A stretch of DNA of 64,000 nt from a bacterium (lineage in GTDB: Bacteria > Actinomycetota > Acidimicrobiia > Spongiisociales > Spongiisociaceae): positions 12,959 to 76,958 of the forward strand of contig JAPOQZ010000231.1 of assembly GCA_026710435.1 (NCBI GenBank). The letters run 5' to 3'. The position numbers and the translations under genes are program-made. The first letter of the stretch is position 1; each line of letters begins with the position of its first letter. This document shows, one piece after another, positions 8,682 through 16,773 of this stretch. The notes below the pieces were generated by a model. The model had not been told where the DNA came from. It ran no database searches and worked only from the letters and a program-made list of their open reading frames with translations.

Positions 8682-9349
8682 TGGTACGCGCCAGGTACCG
8701 GCGCCATCAAAGCAACCAACCCGTGGTTCTCGTATTCGGTGAGAGCCTCAACGATGCTAGAGCGGTCAAAACTCTGATCGTAGCGCTGTGTCCCTCGCTC
8801 CAGAATCGAGTCAAGGAGCAGGCGCGACCACCTTCTCTGCAGAAGTCGGCTGGACAACAGCCAGTGACGCGATGGATGCTTGGTCTCCGGCAGGTAGTCG
8901 AAACTGTCTCTAGACGCAGACCTATAGCTTGTGTCTTTGTTCATCTTGATTCTGACGGACCCGACCCGCACGGAAGAACCGCAGCCCGTACGGAGGCATC
9001 GATGCGTCAGGTTGGAATCGACAACGGATTTGCAGTGGTCCCTGTTCAAGAGATCGAGTCGTGGTGGCTGATGTATCCCGAAGCAACCGAGCGTCTCCGA
9101 ACACCGTGGTCGGGGACACTGCCTACCTCTCCGCGCGCCGTAGACATGATATCCGGTCCCAAGGAAGAGTTGGTGAGACGAACCGCACGCAAAGATCGAA
9201 GGACAGCATATGCAGAAGCCGATTCTCCTGATGTAGCGAGACTCGTGGGTAGCGCCATCGCGTCGGGGCATCCACCCACGGGCACCAGCCCTTCGTTCGA
9301 CCGGTTCAAACGCTCCGTAGCCAAATGCTGTACGGTGCAGGGATCATAG
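8681..9349 (+). CDS. Toprim-like protein (DUF4276 / DUF4435 / RloB-like motif layout), second gene of the module
   Basis: The ATG at 8681 overlaps the ATPase stop (TGATG). The motifs VVLVFGES (Glu), VFVHLDSDGPD (DxD) and VQEIESWWL follow the order seen in Toprim-type partners of OLD/PARIS/AbiL ATPases. A hand count of one 60-nt stretch gave 50% GC. Confidence 0.55.
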   Translation: MVRARYRRHQSNQPVVLVFGESLNDARAVKTLIVALCPSLQNRVKEQARPPSLQKSAGQQPVTRWMLGLRQVVETVSRRRPIACVFVHLDSDGPDPHGRTAARTEASMRQVGIDNGFAVVPVQEIESWWLMYPEATERLRTPWSGTLPTSPRAVDMISGPKEELVRRTARKDRRTAYAEADSPDVARLVGSAIASGHPPTGTSPSFDRFKRSVAKCCTVQGS

Positions 9350-9402
9350 GAGCGACCGCGAAGGTGAGGATCCTCCTCTCGCAAGACCGTTGGCCATCCG
9401 TA

Positions 9403-9609
9403 TCATCCACGCCGGTGTCCGGTTGACGATCGTAGGGAACCCCCTCCGCCTTCGTAGATCTCCACCGCTGCGGCAAGAGCGTCCTCCGCGTTTGCCACGG
9501 CCTCGACGGTAGTGTCGTCCTCAGTTATCAGCTCGGGTAACAATGGCGACGTGACTGTATAGCCCCCTTCACGCTGAGGATGCAGGATGAGAGGTATCTT
9601 CACCATCAC
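9403..9609 (-). CDS. HicB-family antitoxin-like protein (68 aa), with no recognisable HicA beside it
   Basis: LILHPQREGGYTVTSPLLPELITEDDTTVEAVANAEDALAAAVEIY matches the HicB N-terminal pattern (GGY..x.P.lP....G.T.eEA..na.eA). Confidence 0.55.
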   Translation of the reverse strand: MMVKIPLILHPQREGGYTVTSPLLPELITEDDTTVEAVANAEDALAAAVEIYEGGGGSLRSSTGHRRG

Positions 9610-9730
9610 AGGCCAACTCCCGGCTACGACGTTTGACCCTCGCTCAGGCTCGGCTGTGCCCTCCCCCAGCCTTGAGCCAAGAGTCGTGACTACTGCCTTG
9701 ACCGATTGCTATTGCAGGGGAGCCATCCGC

Positions 9731-9844
9731 ATGCAGGTCCGCTACAACCCGGAAGCGGACGCTATGCTCGTCACGCTGCGCTCCCCAAGGAGGGTGGGAG
9801 GGTGGTGTGAAACCGCTTTCAAGGACCGTCGACCGATAGCATAG
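9731..9844 (+). pseudogene. truncated DUF2283-like ORF (37 aa)
   Basis: MQVRYNPEADAMLVTL matches the DUF2283 N-terminal signature (MKxxYDxEADALYIxL), and GGGGAG lies 8 nt upstream. The ORF stops at about half the usual family length. Confidence 0.3.
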
Positions 9845-10097
9845 TGCCTGGTCAGAGGTAGACGGGCCGTTGCTCTCCACCGTTTGGACCACCCCTGCTA
9901 CCGGAGGGGGAAGCGGGTGGACAGCGGCTCGACGAGACGCGGATCGCGCACCCCGATCAGGCCGGTCGTGTCTTTGCCTACGAATTCTTGGCAATGAACC
10001 ACGGGGGGTTCCGTTGGGGAATCGGAGCCGATACGCTAACGCCAATGTCCGAGGCCCTCCAGCCGGTCAAGGCGCTCGCAGTCGTTTGAGGCTTGTC

Positions 10098-11141
10098 TCA
10101 GAGAGGCTTGACCATCTCGCCCCGACGGGCGGACTCGTATAGGGCCTCCATCACCGCAGTTGTCCTCCGACCCTCCCATCCGTCGACCAGCGGGGGACGT
10201 CCTTCCGAGACGGCTGCCACGAAGTCCTCCAACTGCGAGTAGTGCAGGCTGGAGTCGGCGTAACCGGCCATCGTCAACGTGTCCCCCCGGTCCACCGGAC
10301 CGGCGTTCATCAACTCCTCGATCTCGGGTGAAGGCCCGCCCGGTACATCCCACTGCACCAAGTCGTCGTCCACCATGCCCACCGTCCCCAGGGTTCCCCG
10401 GATGGTGAGGCTGCGCGGCTGGGGGTTTACCGCCGCGGTGGTGCTCGTCAAAGTGGCGAGCGTTCCGTTGGCAAATCGCAGCACGCCCAGGGTGGAGTCC
10501 TCGACCTCGATGCTGTGCAGGGGCGAGGTGCTGTAGAAACCGGCCACCGACTCCACGTCGCCCAGCATCCAGATCATCAGGTCCAGGCTGTGGCTGGTCT
10601 GGGTGACCAGCGACCCGCCTCCCTCCGTCTCCCACCTGCCCCGCCAGGCACCGGAGTCGTAGTAGGGCTGGTCGCGGTAGAACAGCCCGGTGCATTCGGC
10701 GATCAGGGGCAGGCCGATCAGACCGCCGGTGACCGACTCCCGCATCCGGAGGGCGGTGTCGAGGAAGCGGTACATGTATATGCAGCCCAGAGTCACTCCC
10801 GCCCGGTCGCAGGCCTCGATCATCCGGTCGGCGTCCGCCACGGTGGTGGCTATGGGCTTCTCGGTGAGGACGTGCAAACCCGCGGCGGCCGCTCCGATGG
10901 TCATGCGGGCGTGGCCACCGGTCGGCGACGCCACGCAGACCGCGTCGATGTCCGACCGGACCAGGTCGCGCCAGTCGGTGTGGACCTCGGTCACCCCGTA
11001 GCTGGCACCGAAGCCGGTCGCCTTCTCCCGGTTGCGAGAGCAGACCGACACCAGTCGGGCGCCTCGGGGACGGCCGGCCAAGGCACCGGCGAAGAGTTGG
11101 CCGCCTCCCCCGGTACCGATCAGGCCGAAGCGGAGGCTCAC
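10098..11141 (-). CDS. Gfo/Idh/MocA family NAD(P)-dependent oxidoreductase
   Basis: N-terminal LRFGLIGTGGGGQLFAGAL followed by LTEKP. I chose the GTG at 11141 inside ORF 10098..11357. Confidence 0.8.
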   Translation of the reverse strand: MSLRFGLIGTGGGGQLFAGALAGRPRGARLVSVCSRNREKATGFGASYGVTEVHTDWRDLVRSDIDAVCVASPTGGHARMTIGAAAAGLHVLTEKPIATTVADADRMIEACDRAGVTLGCIYMYRFLDTALRMRESVTGGLIGLPLIAECTGLFYRDQPYYDSGAWRGRWETEGGGSLVTQTSHSLDLMIWMLGDVESVAGFYSTSPLHSIEVEDSTLGVLRFANGTLATLTSTTAAVNPQPRSLTIRGTLGTVGMVDDDLVQWDVPGGPSPEIEELMNAGPVDRGDTLTMAGYADSSLHYSQLEDFVAAVSEGRPPLVDGWEGRRTTAVMEALYESARRGEMVKPL

Positions 11142-11232
11142 GCGGACGAGAAGGAGTGGGAGGCGCGAAGGAGGGAAGCCCTCAACATCGGCCGTAGTAT
11201 ACGCCCGCAGCAGCCCGAGAAAGCAGTTCTCC

Positions 11233-12285
11233 ATGCGCAGAGTGCCGACCACCGCCGCGGCCGGAGCGGAACTGGTCCCCCTCTTCCGGGACCACTTGGA
11301 ACTCTGCAACGTGCAGCCGGGCGAGGTGGTGCTCGGGTTCACCGACACCATGAGCAACGAGGCCTACGTCACCGCACTGGCCGGAGCGGCGCGGGTGCTG
11401 GGCGCCGACTTCTTCCAGATCGTGGTGGGATGCGACGAGACTTGGATGAGGTCACAGGCCATCATCGACGCCTGGAAAGGGTCCGATCTGGTGGTGGGGA
11501 TGCTCACCACCGAGTGGATCTACAGCGATGCCCACAACGCGGCCCTCGACGCCGGTGCCCGCACCCTTATGATCATCGAACCCGAGGACATGCTGCGCCG
11601 CATGTTCCCGATCCCCGAGATCCGGCGCCGGGCAGAGGTCAGCCAAGCCCTGTTGCAGGCCGGAACGACTCTGCACCTCGAATCGGAGGCGGGGACCGAC
11701 CTGACCCTGAGCTACGAGGGACGCCCGGTCATGATCCAGTACGGGTACTCGGACACGCCGGGACGCTGGGACCATTGGCCGTCGGGACAGGTCGTGGTGG
11801 CGCCGCTGGAACACTCGGCAGAAGGCACCCTGGTGCTGGACGAAGGTGACTGCCTGCTCAACCTCGGCCGCTACGTGATGTCCCCCATCCGGATGGAACT
11901 CCGGGAGGGGAGCATCGTCTCCATCGACGGAGGGACCGACGCCCGGCTGGCCCGGGATCACTTCGAGTCGCCCCGCGACAAGCGTTCCTACGGCGTGTCC
12001 CACATCGGATGGGGGTACGAGCACCGGGCCAACTGGAACGCCCTCGGTCTTCGCTTCTGGGAGTCGGGGGGTGTGATGGACACCGAGAGCTACTACGGCA
12101 ACCTGCTGATCGCCTTCGGGACCAACTTCCTGAGGAGTCTCGGCGGTGAGAACCGGGCTCCGTTCCACTTCGACATCCCCACCCGCAACCATTCGGTATG
12201 GGTCGACGACCGCCAGATCATCGACAGGGGGAGCTTCGTCGTCCCCGAGTTGCAACTCGACTGCCAGGAAGGAAACGTCGAATGA
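11233..12285 (+). CDS. 2,5-dihydroxypyridine 5,6-dioxygenase (NicX)-like / aminopeptidase-T-fold protein
   Basis: From memory of NicX, long blocks agree: YGYSDTPGRWDHWPSGQV, SAEGTLVLDEGD, YGVSHIGWGY, FHFDIPTRN. I chose the ATG at 11233 inside ORF 11032..12285. Confidence 0.7.
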   Translation: MRRVPTTAAAGAELVPLFRDHLELCNVQPGEVVLGFTDTMSNEAYVTALAGAARVLGADFFQIVVGCDETWMRSQAIIDAWKGSDLVVGMLTTEWIYSDAHNAALDAGARTLMIIEPEDMLRRMFPIPEIRRRAEVSQALLQAGTTLHLESEAGTDLTLSYEGRPVMIQYGYSDTPGRWDHWPSGQVVVAPLEHSAEGTLVLDEGDCLLNLGRYVMSPIRMELREGSIVSIDGGTDARLARDHFESPRDKRSYGVSHIGWGYEHRANWNALGLRFWESGGVMDTESYYGNLLIAFGTNFLRSLGGENRAPFHFDIPTRNHSVWVDDRQIIDRGSFVVPELQLDCQEGNVE

Positions 12286-13523
12286 CCAGCCTCGTAATCC
12301 GCAACGCCGAATTGCTGGACTGCACCGGCGCCGACCCTGCAACCGGCATGGACGTAGCCGTGTCGGGGCCGTCGATCAGCGGGATCGGACGCGGGGCGGG
12401 GAGTACCCCGGATCAGGTGATCGACGGTACGGGGCTGACCCTGATGCCCGGGCTGACCGACGCCCACGTGCACATGGGTCTGGTATCGGCGGCTGGGGGC
12501 ATCGGTGACCTTCCCTGGATCGACTACGTGTTCACGGTGCGCCGCATAATCGAGAACACCCTCCAGGAGGGTTTCACCACCGTTCGGGACGCGGGCGGAC
12601 TCGATCCCCACTGGGCGCGCCTCGTGGAGCGGGGCTCGGTCTACGGACCCCGCATCCTGCCTTCGGGCTCGGTACTGTCCCAGACCGGCGGGCATGGGGA
12701 CCTGCGACCCGCCCACCATCTCGAGCATCCCCGGGGAAGCATCCCCGGCCTGTCAGCCACCCCCGAGATAGTCGACGGTGTCGACGAGGTGCGCCGGGCC
12801 GCTCGCGAGCAACTCCGTAAGGGCGCCACCCAGATCAAGGTGTTCAGTTCGGGCGGGGTCCTCTCCCCCACCGATCCTTTCGACAGCCTCCAGTTCAGCT
12901 ACGAGGAACTGCGGGCCGCAGTGGAGGCGGCGGCCGATTGGCACACCTACGTGCTCGCCCACTGCCACACCTCCGACGCGATACGCCGAGCACTCTCCGC
13001 GGGGATCCGTTCGATAGAACACGCCAGCATCCTCGACGAGGACGCTGCCCGGCGGATAGTGGAGTCCGACGCCTTCGCGGTGGTCACCCTGGCGGTGAAG
13101 TACGACCTGCTGGAGAACCCGGAGGTAGCCGGCCTCACTCCGTCGCAACTGACCAAGCTCCAAGCGGTCGAGACAGAGGTCGGCCGGAGTATCGAGATCA
13201 TGGAGGAGACCGGGGTCAAGGTCGGTTCGGGCTCCGACATAGTCGGGCCCCTGCAGGACCGGCGCGGCCGGGAGTTGGCGAACAAGGCCAGGTTCATGAG
13301 CCCTGCCGAATCGATCGCCACCGCCACCACCGGTAACGCCGAACTGTTCCACCTGCAGGACCGGATCGGGACCGTCGAGGTGGGCAAGCAGGCTGATCTG
13401 ATCCTGGTGGAGGGCCGACCCTTGGACGAGATCGAGATACTGGCCGACCCCGACCGGATCGTGGGGGTGATCAAAGGCGGCCGCGTCCACAAGGACACCC
13501 AAGGAAGGACCTCACCCGCTTAG
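12282..13523 (+). CDS. amidohydrolase family protein (metal-dependent hydrolase)
   Basis: MPGLTDAHVHMG is the HxH metal motif. The ATG overlaps the upstream stop (ATGA). Confidence 0.8.
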   Translation: MTSLVIRNAELLDCTGADPATGMDVAVSGPSISGIGRGAGSTPDQVIDGTGLTLMPGLTDAHVHMGLVSAAGGIGDLPWIDYVFTVRRIIENTLQEGFTTVRDAGGLDPHWARLVERGSVYGPRILPSGSVLSQTGGHGDLRPAHHLEHPRGSIPGLSATPEIVDGVDEVRRAAREQLRKGATQIKVFSSGGVLSPTDPFDSLQFSYEELRAAVEAAADWHTYVLAHCHTSDAIRRALSAGIRSIEHASILDEDAARRIVESDAFAVVTLAVKYDLLENPEVAGLTPSQLTKLQAVETEVGRSIEIMEETGVKVGSGSDIVGPLQDRRGRELANKARFMSPAESIATATTGNAELFHLQDRIGTVEVGKQADLILVEGRPLDEIEILADPDRIVGVIKGGRVHKDTQGRTSPA

Positions 13524-13545
13524 CTCCGGACCGATGGCGGTCAGG

Positions 13546-14019
13546 TCAGTCCAGACCGGAGAGGGCTTCGATCAGTGTCGGAATCCCCAGACGGCCCTTG
13601 ACCTCGCCTACATCCTTGGCTAGGTCGACAACGATCCCGGTGAGCCCGTCCAAACGCACATCAATCTGCCCGAAACGCTCATCCATGCGGTCGAACCGCC
13701 TGTCCACACCGTCGAACCGGCTATCAATACCCTCCAACCGCCTATCAATACCCTCCAACCGGCTATCCACACCGTCCAACCGCCTATCAATACCCTCCAA
13801 CCGCCTATCCACACCGTCCAACCGGCTATCAATACCCTCCAACCGCCTATCCACACCGTCGAACCGCTTATCTACACGATCGAACCGGCTCTCGATCGCG
13901 GCGATAACCGACGCCAAGTCAGCACGGCGTGCACGATCCAGGTAGATCATCACGGTCAGCATGATCGTCATCATCATTGTGATCATGCCGCCGAAAACAC
14001 CAACGGTCACTGCATCCAT
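13546..14019 (-). CDS. membrane-anchored protein made of about 12 heptad repeats (D-x-R-L/F-D/E-G-V/I)
   Basis: An N-terminal hydrophobic helix (VGVFGGMITMMMTIMLTVMIYL) is followed by DKRFDGV DRRLEGI DSRLDGV DRRLEGI DRRLDGV DSRLEGI DRRLEGI DSRFDGV DRRFDRM DERFGQI DVRLDGL. I chose the ATG at 14019, which has a GGGAG RBS. Confidence 0.65.
   Translation of the reverse strand: MDAVTVGVFGGMITMMMTIMLTVMIYLDRARRADLASVIAAIESRFDRVDKRFDGVDRRLEGIDSRLDGVDRRLEGIDRRLDGVDSRLEGIDRRLEGIDSRFDGVDRRFDRMDERFGQIDVRLDGLTGIVVDLAKDVGEVKGRLGIPTLIEALSGLD
13646..13897. repeat. in-frame 21-bp tandem repeat array (about 10 well-conserved units plus 2 diverged) inside the heptad-repeat gene
   Basis: Units such as CCCTCCAACCGCCTATCAATA and CCGTCCAACCGGCTATCCACA alternate from ~13688 to ~13897. 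Diverged units extend down to ~13646. Confidence 0.85.
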
Positions 14020-14617
14020 CGTGCTGTCTCCCTGCCTGAACGCTACCACACCAACCAGCTAAAGGCCCCGTCTACGTCCGTGTGATGCCATATCACCGGT
14101 TGATTTCGATATATCACATGAAACGAGGATCGGTCAAGACCCATGTGGACCCAACCGGGAATGATCTCCTCCCCATTTGGTGAATCCCTACGCCGGCGCG
14201 GGTGACCGCCTACGTACACGCCCTCTCCCCACCGTGCTTCAGTAGGACTGCAATCGCCATACGATCCTTGTATGGCTGAAGTGCGGCCTTGCGATCAGGT
14301 AGAGGTTGCCTCCGGGTCCGGCTCGCAGTTTTGCCCTCACGGGTTTGGCTCTCACTGCTACAGATGTCACGCGACGGATTGACGCCGGCCGGACATCTCC
14401 CCTCCCAGCATCATCGCACGCGCTCACTCCTTCGGTTCCGCTGGTGTACGCGTGGTGCACTCGTGCAAGTCGGACGTGTGTCTTGGTTTCCTTGGCCGGT
14501 GTACACCGAACTGGGCGGATGCCGGGATGATTTGCCGGCTGGATCGGCTCGACACCGGAGCAGAGCATCGAGAGCCGGGCCGCGGATCGCAGAAACCCGC
14601 AGAAAGGAGTGCCTGTT

Positions 14618-14743
14618 GTGAACGTTCAGTACATACATCCTGGGAGGCTCAGGAGCCGAGCCACGACCATACGCTGGGCTGCGATGGTGATGGTCTCCGT
14701 CGTGGTGGCGGTTTCACCGGTCCTCGTCCACGGAGCTGGCTGA
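14618..14743 (+). CDS. possible small membrane or signal-peptide-like ORF (41 aa)
   Basis: GAAAGGAG lies 7 nt before the GTG. The product, VNVQYIHPGRLRSRATTIRWAAMVMVSVVVAVSPVLVHGAG, has a basic n-region and a hydrophobic core. It could also be the remnant of a secreted protein gene. Confidence 0.2.
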   Translation: MNVQYIHPGRLRSRATTIRWAAMVMVSVVVAVSPVLVHGAG

Positions 14744-15099
14744 GCCGGCACCGGGCTCGCCGGCGGAACCTCGACCTCGATCCGTCCAGCGTCTCATCCA
14801 AGCCTTCCGGGTGGAAGGTACTGATCTGCGGCGGCCGACCGAAATGACGACCGACGGGGTGCTTAGCGCGCCGCGGCGCTTGCCGTCACCGGGTGGGGAT
14901 TCTCACTGATCCCCGACAGCCTCCTCACTGACTTCTAGATACGTACGTCGCTCTACGACAGACTGACTGTTCAAGAGCGGCGGTCCCACTCCCGGACGCG
15001 CCGGTATCCTCACGTTCTACTGTGCCGGCAAGGAAAGAGCGACGACTCGGATGCAGACGTGAACCCGCCTACCGAGCGGAGCCACCCCGGAGAGCATCG

Positions 15100-15993
15100 A
15101 TGAAGGTCGGGTTCGTCGGGACGGGCATCATGGGACGGCCGATGGCGAGGCGTCTCCAGGATGCGGGGCATCAACTGTTCATCGTCAAGCATCGGTCCGC
15201 TCCACCCGAGGAACTCCTCGATAAGGGCGCCGTTCTAGCAGATTCGGCCATGGAGGTGGCCCAGACATCCGAAGTGGTGTTCACGATGGTTCCCGACACC
15301 GCGGCCGTAGAGGATGCCCTCTTCCGGAACCTGGGAGTGGCAGCGGGGCTGAGCCCGGGCAAGGTGGTGGTGGACATGAGTTCGATCTCGCCTTCTGCCA
15401 CGAGGACGTTCGCTGAACGCGTCCGGAGACTGGGTTGCGACTACCTGGACGCGCCGGTATCGGGCGGTGACCTGGGCGCAAGGGAGGGAAACCTGTCGAT
15501 CATGGTGGGCGGCACCCCAGAGGCCTTTGCCCGCGTGAAACCCCTGTTCGAAGTGATGGGCAAGACCGTCACGCTGGTGGGCCAGACCGGGGCAGGCCAG
15601 ACGTGCAAGGTTGCCAACCAGATGATAGTGGGGATCAATATCGCGGCGGTGAGCGAGGCACTCGTGCTGGCGTCGAAGGCCGGCTTGGATCCGGTAAGGG
15701 TGAGGGAGGCACTGCTTGGCGGCTTTGCATCCTCCCGAGTCCTCGATGTGCACGGCCGGCGGATGATCGACCGTGCTTTCGAACCAGGGGGTCGGATCGA
15801 ACTGCATCAGAAGGATCTGGGATTGGCGCTCGCCGAGGCGGGGGAACTGGGTGTGGCAGTGCCGATGACGTCCATCTGCCGGGACCTGATGGATGAGTGC
15901 GCCGCCCACGGAGGGGCCGGATGGGACCATTCGGCCCTGATCAGGGCCTACGAACTGCTGGCCGACCCCGAACTGGATTCCCGACCCGGGTAG
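15100..15993 (+). CDS. NAD(P)-dependent beta-hydroxyacid dehydrogenase (3-hydroxyisobutyrate / 2-hydroxy-3-oxopropionate reductase family)
   Basis: MKVGFVGTGIMGRPMARRL is the Rossmann motif, and the rest has the typical family layout (DAPVSGG, GAGQTCKVANQ). Confidence 0.85.
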   Translation: MKVGFVGTGIMGRPMARRLQDAGHQLFIVKHRSAPPEELLDKGAVLADSAMEVAQTSEVVFTMVPDTAAVEDALFRNLGVAAGLSPGKVVVDMSSISPSATRTFAERVRRLGCDYLDAPVSGGDLGAREGNLSIMVGGTPEAFARVKPLFEVMGKTVTLVGQTGAGQTCKVANQMIVGINIAAVSEALVLASKAGLDPVRVREALLGGFASSRVLDVHGRRMIDRAFEPGGRIELHQKDLGLALAEAGELGVAVPMTSICRDLMDECAAHGGAGWDHSALIRAYELLADPELDSRPG

Positions 15994-16064
15994 ATGGCTT
16001 TCCACATCCGGCACAGTCAACGTGCAACACGGGCATCGAGAGCAAGCTTCCTACCCCGAATGGG

Positions 16065-16547
16065 TCAGGCTCTCCGAGTTGTCCACATTCCACCGTCCGG
16101 CGTCCAAGTGATCACCACAAGCGATCGGTCTTCGACCCGGGTGAGGACCACCCGGGTCACATCGGCCGTGAACAGGGCCAAGGCCGAGCGGTCATCGATA
16201 GGAAACCGATGGCCCTTGACGAAGATCTCCAGCTCCGTGTCCAGGGCAGGCACAGCCCTACCTTCGACCCGGGCGTCGCCAAGCCGTAAGTCCTCTTCAT
16301 CGGGAGCGCTGTGTATCGAGAACCGGGAGTCCCGTCGAAGATCGTCCGTCTTGCGCGAAACGGTGTCCATTGCCAGCCACAGGTGACCATCCCGGATGGG
16401 AGTTTCCATACCGAAGAGCCGCGGTGCCCCGTCACGTCGTAGGGTCGCCATCACTGCGTGCGTGTGGCCCTCGAACCTGTCCTTCACGGAAGCCGCCAGC
16501 GCAGGCTCGGCCGCCCGGAAGTCCGTCCATGTCACAGCCATCGCCAC
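16065..16547 (-). CDS. pyridoxamine 5'-phosphate oxidase-like (FMN/F420-binding split-barrel) family protein
   Basis: The size and the pattern ...HAVMATLRRDGAPRL...HLWLAM... are typical of PNPOx-like split-barrel proteins. Confidence 0.6.
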   Translation of the reverse strand: MAMAVTWTDFRAAEPALAASVKDRFEGHTHAVMATLRRDGAPRLFGMETPIRDGHLWLAMDTVSRKTDDLRRDSRFSIHSAPDEEDLRLGDARVEGRAVPALDTELEIFVKGHRFPIDDRSALALFTADVTRVVLTRVEDRSLVVITWTPDGGMWTTRRA

Positions 16548-16566
16548 TCACGGACGGTACCGCGAG

Positions 16567-16673
16567 CTAGGAGGGTACTGAGCAATCCACCAGCGGCCTG
16601 CCAACCGCCGACAAAATGCCTGGGCTGGCGGGCGGCAGGCCCGAGCAATCGTCATTGTTCAGCACCGTCCTGG
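16567..16673 (+). repeat. nested-palindrome intergenic repeat, copy B (107 bp)
   Basis: CTAGGAGGGTACTGAGCAATCCACCAGCGGCCTGCC...GGCAGGCCCGAGCAATCGTCATTGTTCAGCACCGTCCTGG. Confidence 0.9.
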
Positions 16674-16773
16674 AAGTGGTGGACCCCCATCAGGAGGGTG
16701 ACCGTGTCGACTGGGCGAGTCGGGTTCGCTCAACCTGGGTGACGCTACCTGGTGACGACGGATGCTCGGGCGT

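Noticed and set aside
13646-13897. Possibility that the short tandem repeats, or the dispersed 107-bp repeats, are a CRISPR array.
   Set aside because: The 21-bp units are contiguous with no spacers and lie in frame inside a coding sequence. The 107-bp elements are kilobases apart, in both orientations, and are internally palindromic. No cas genes are present.
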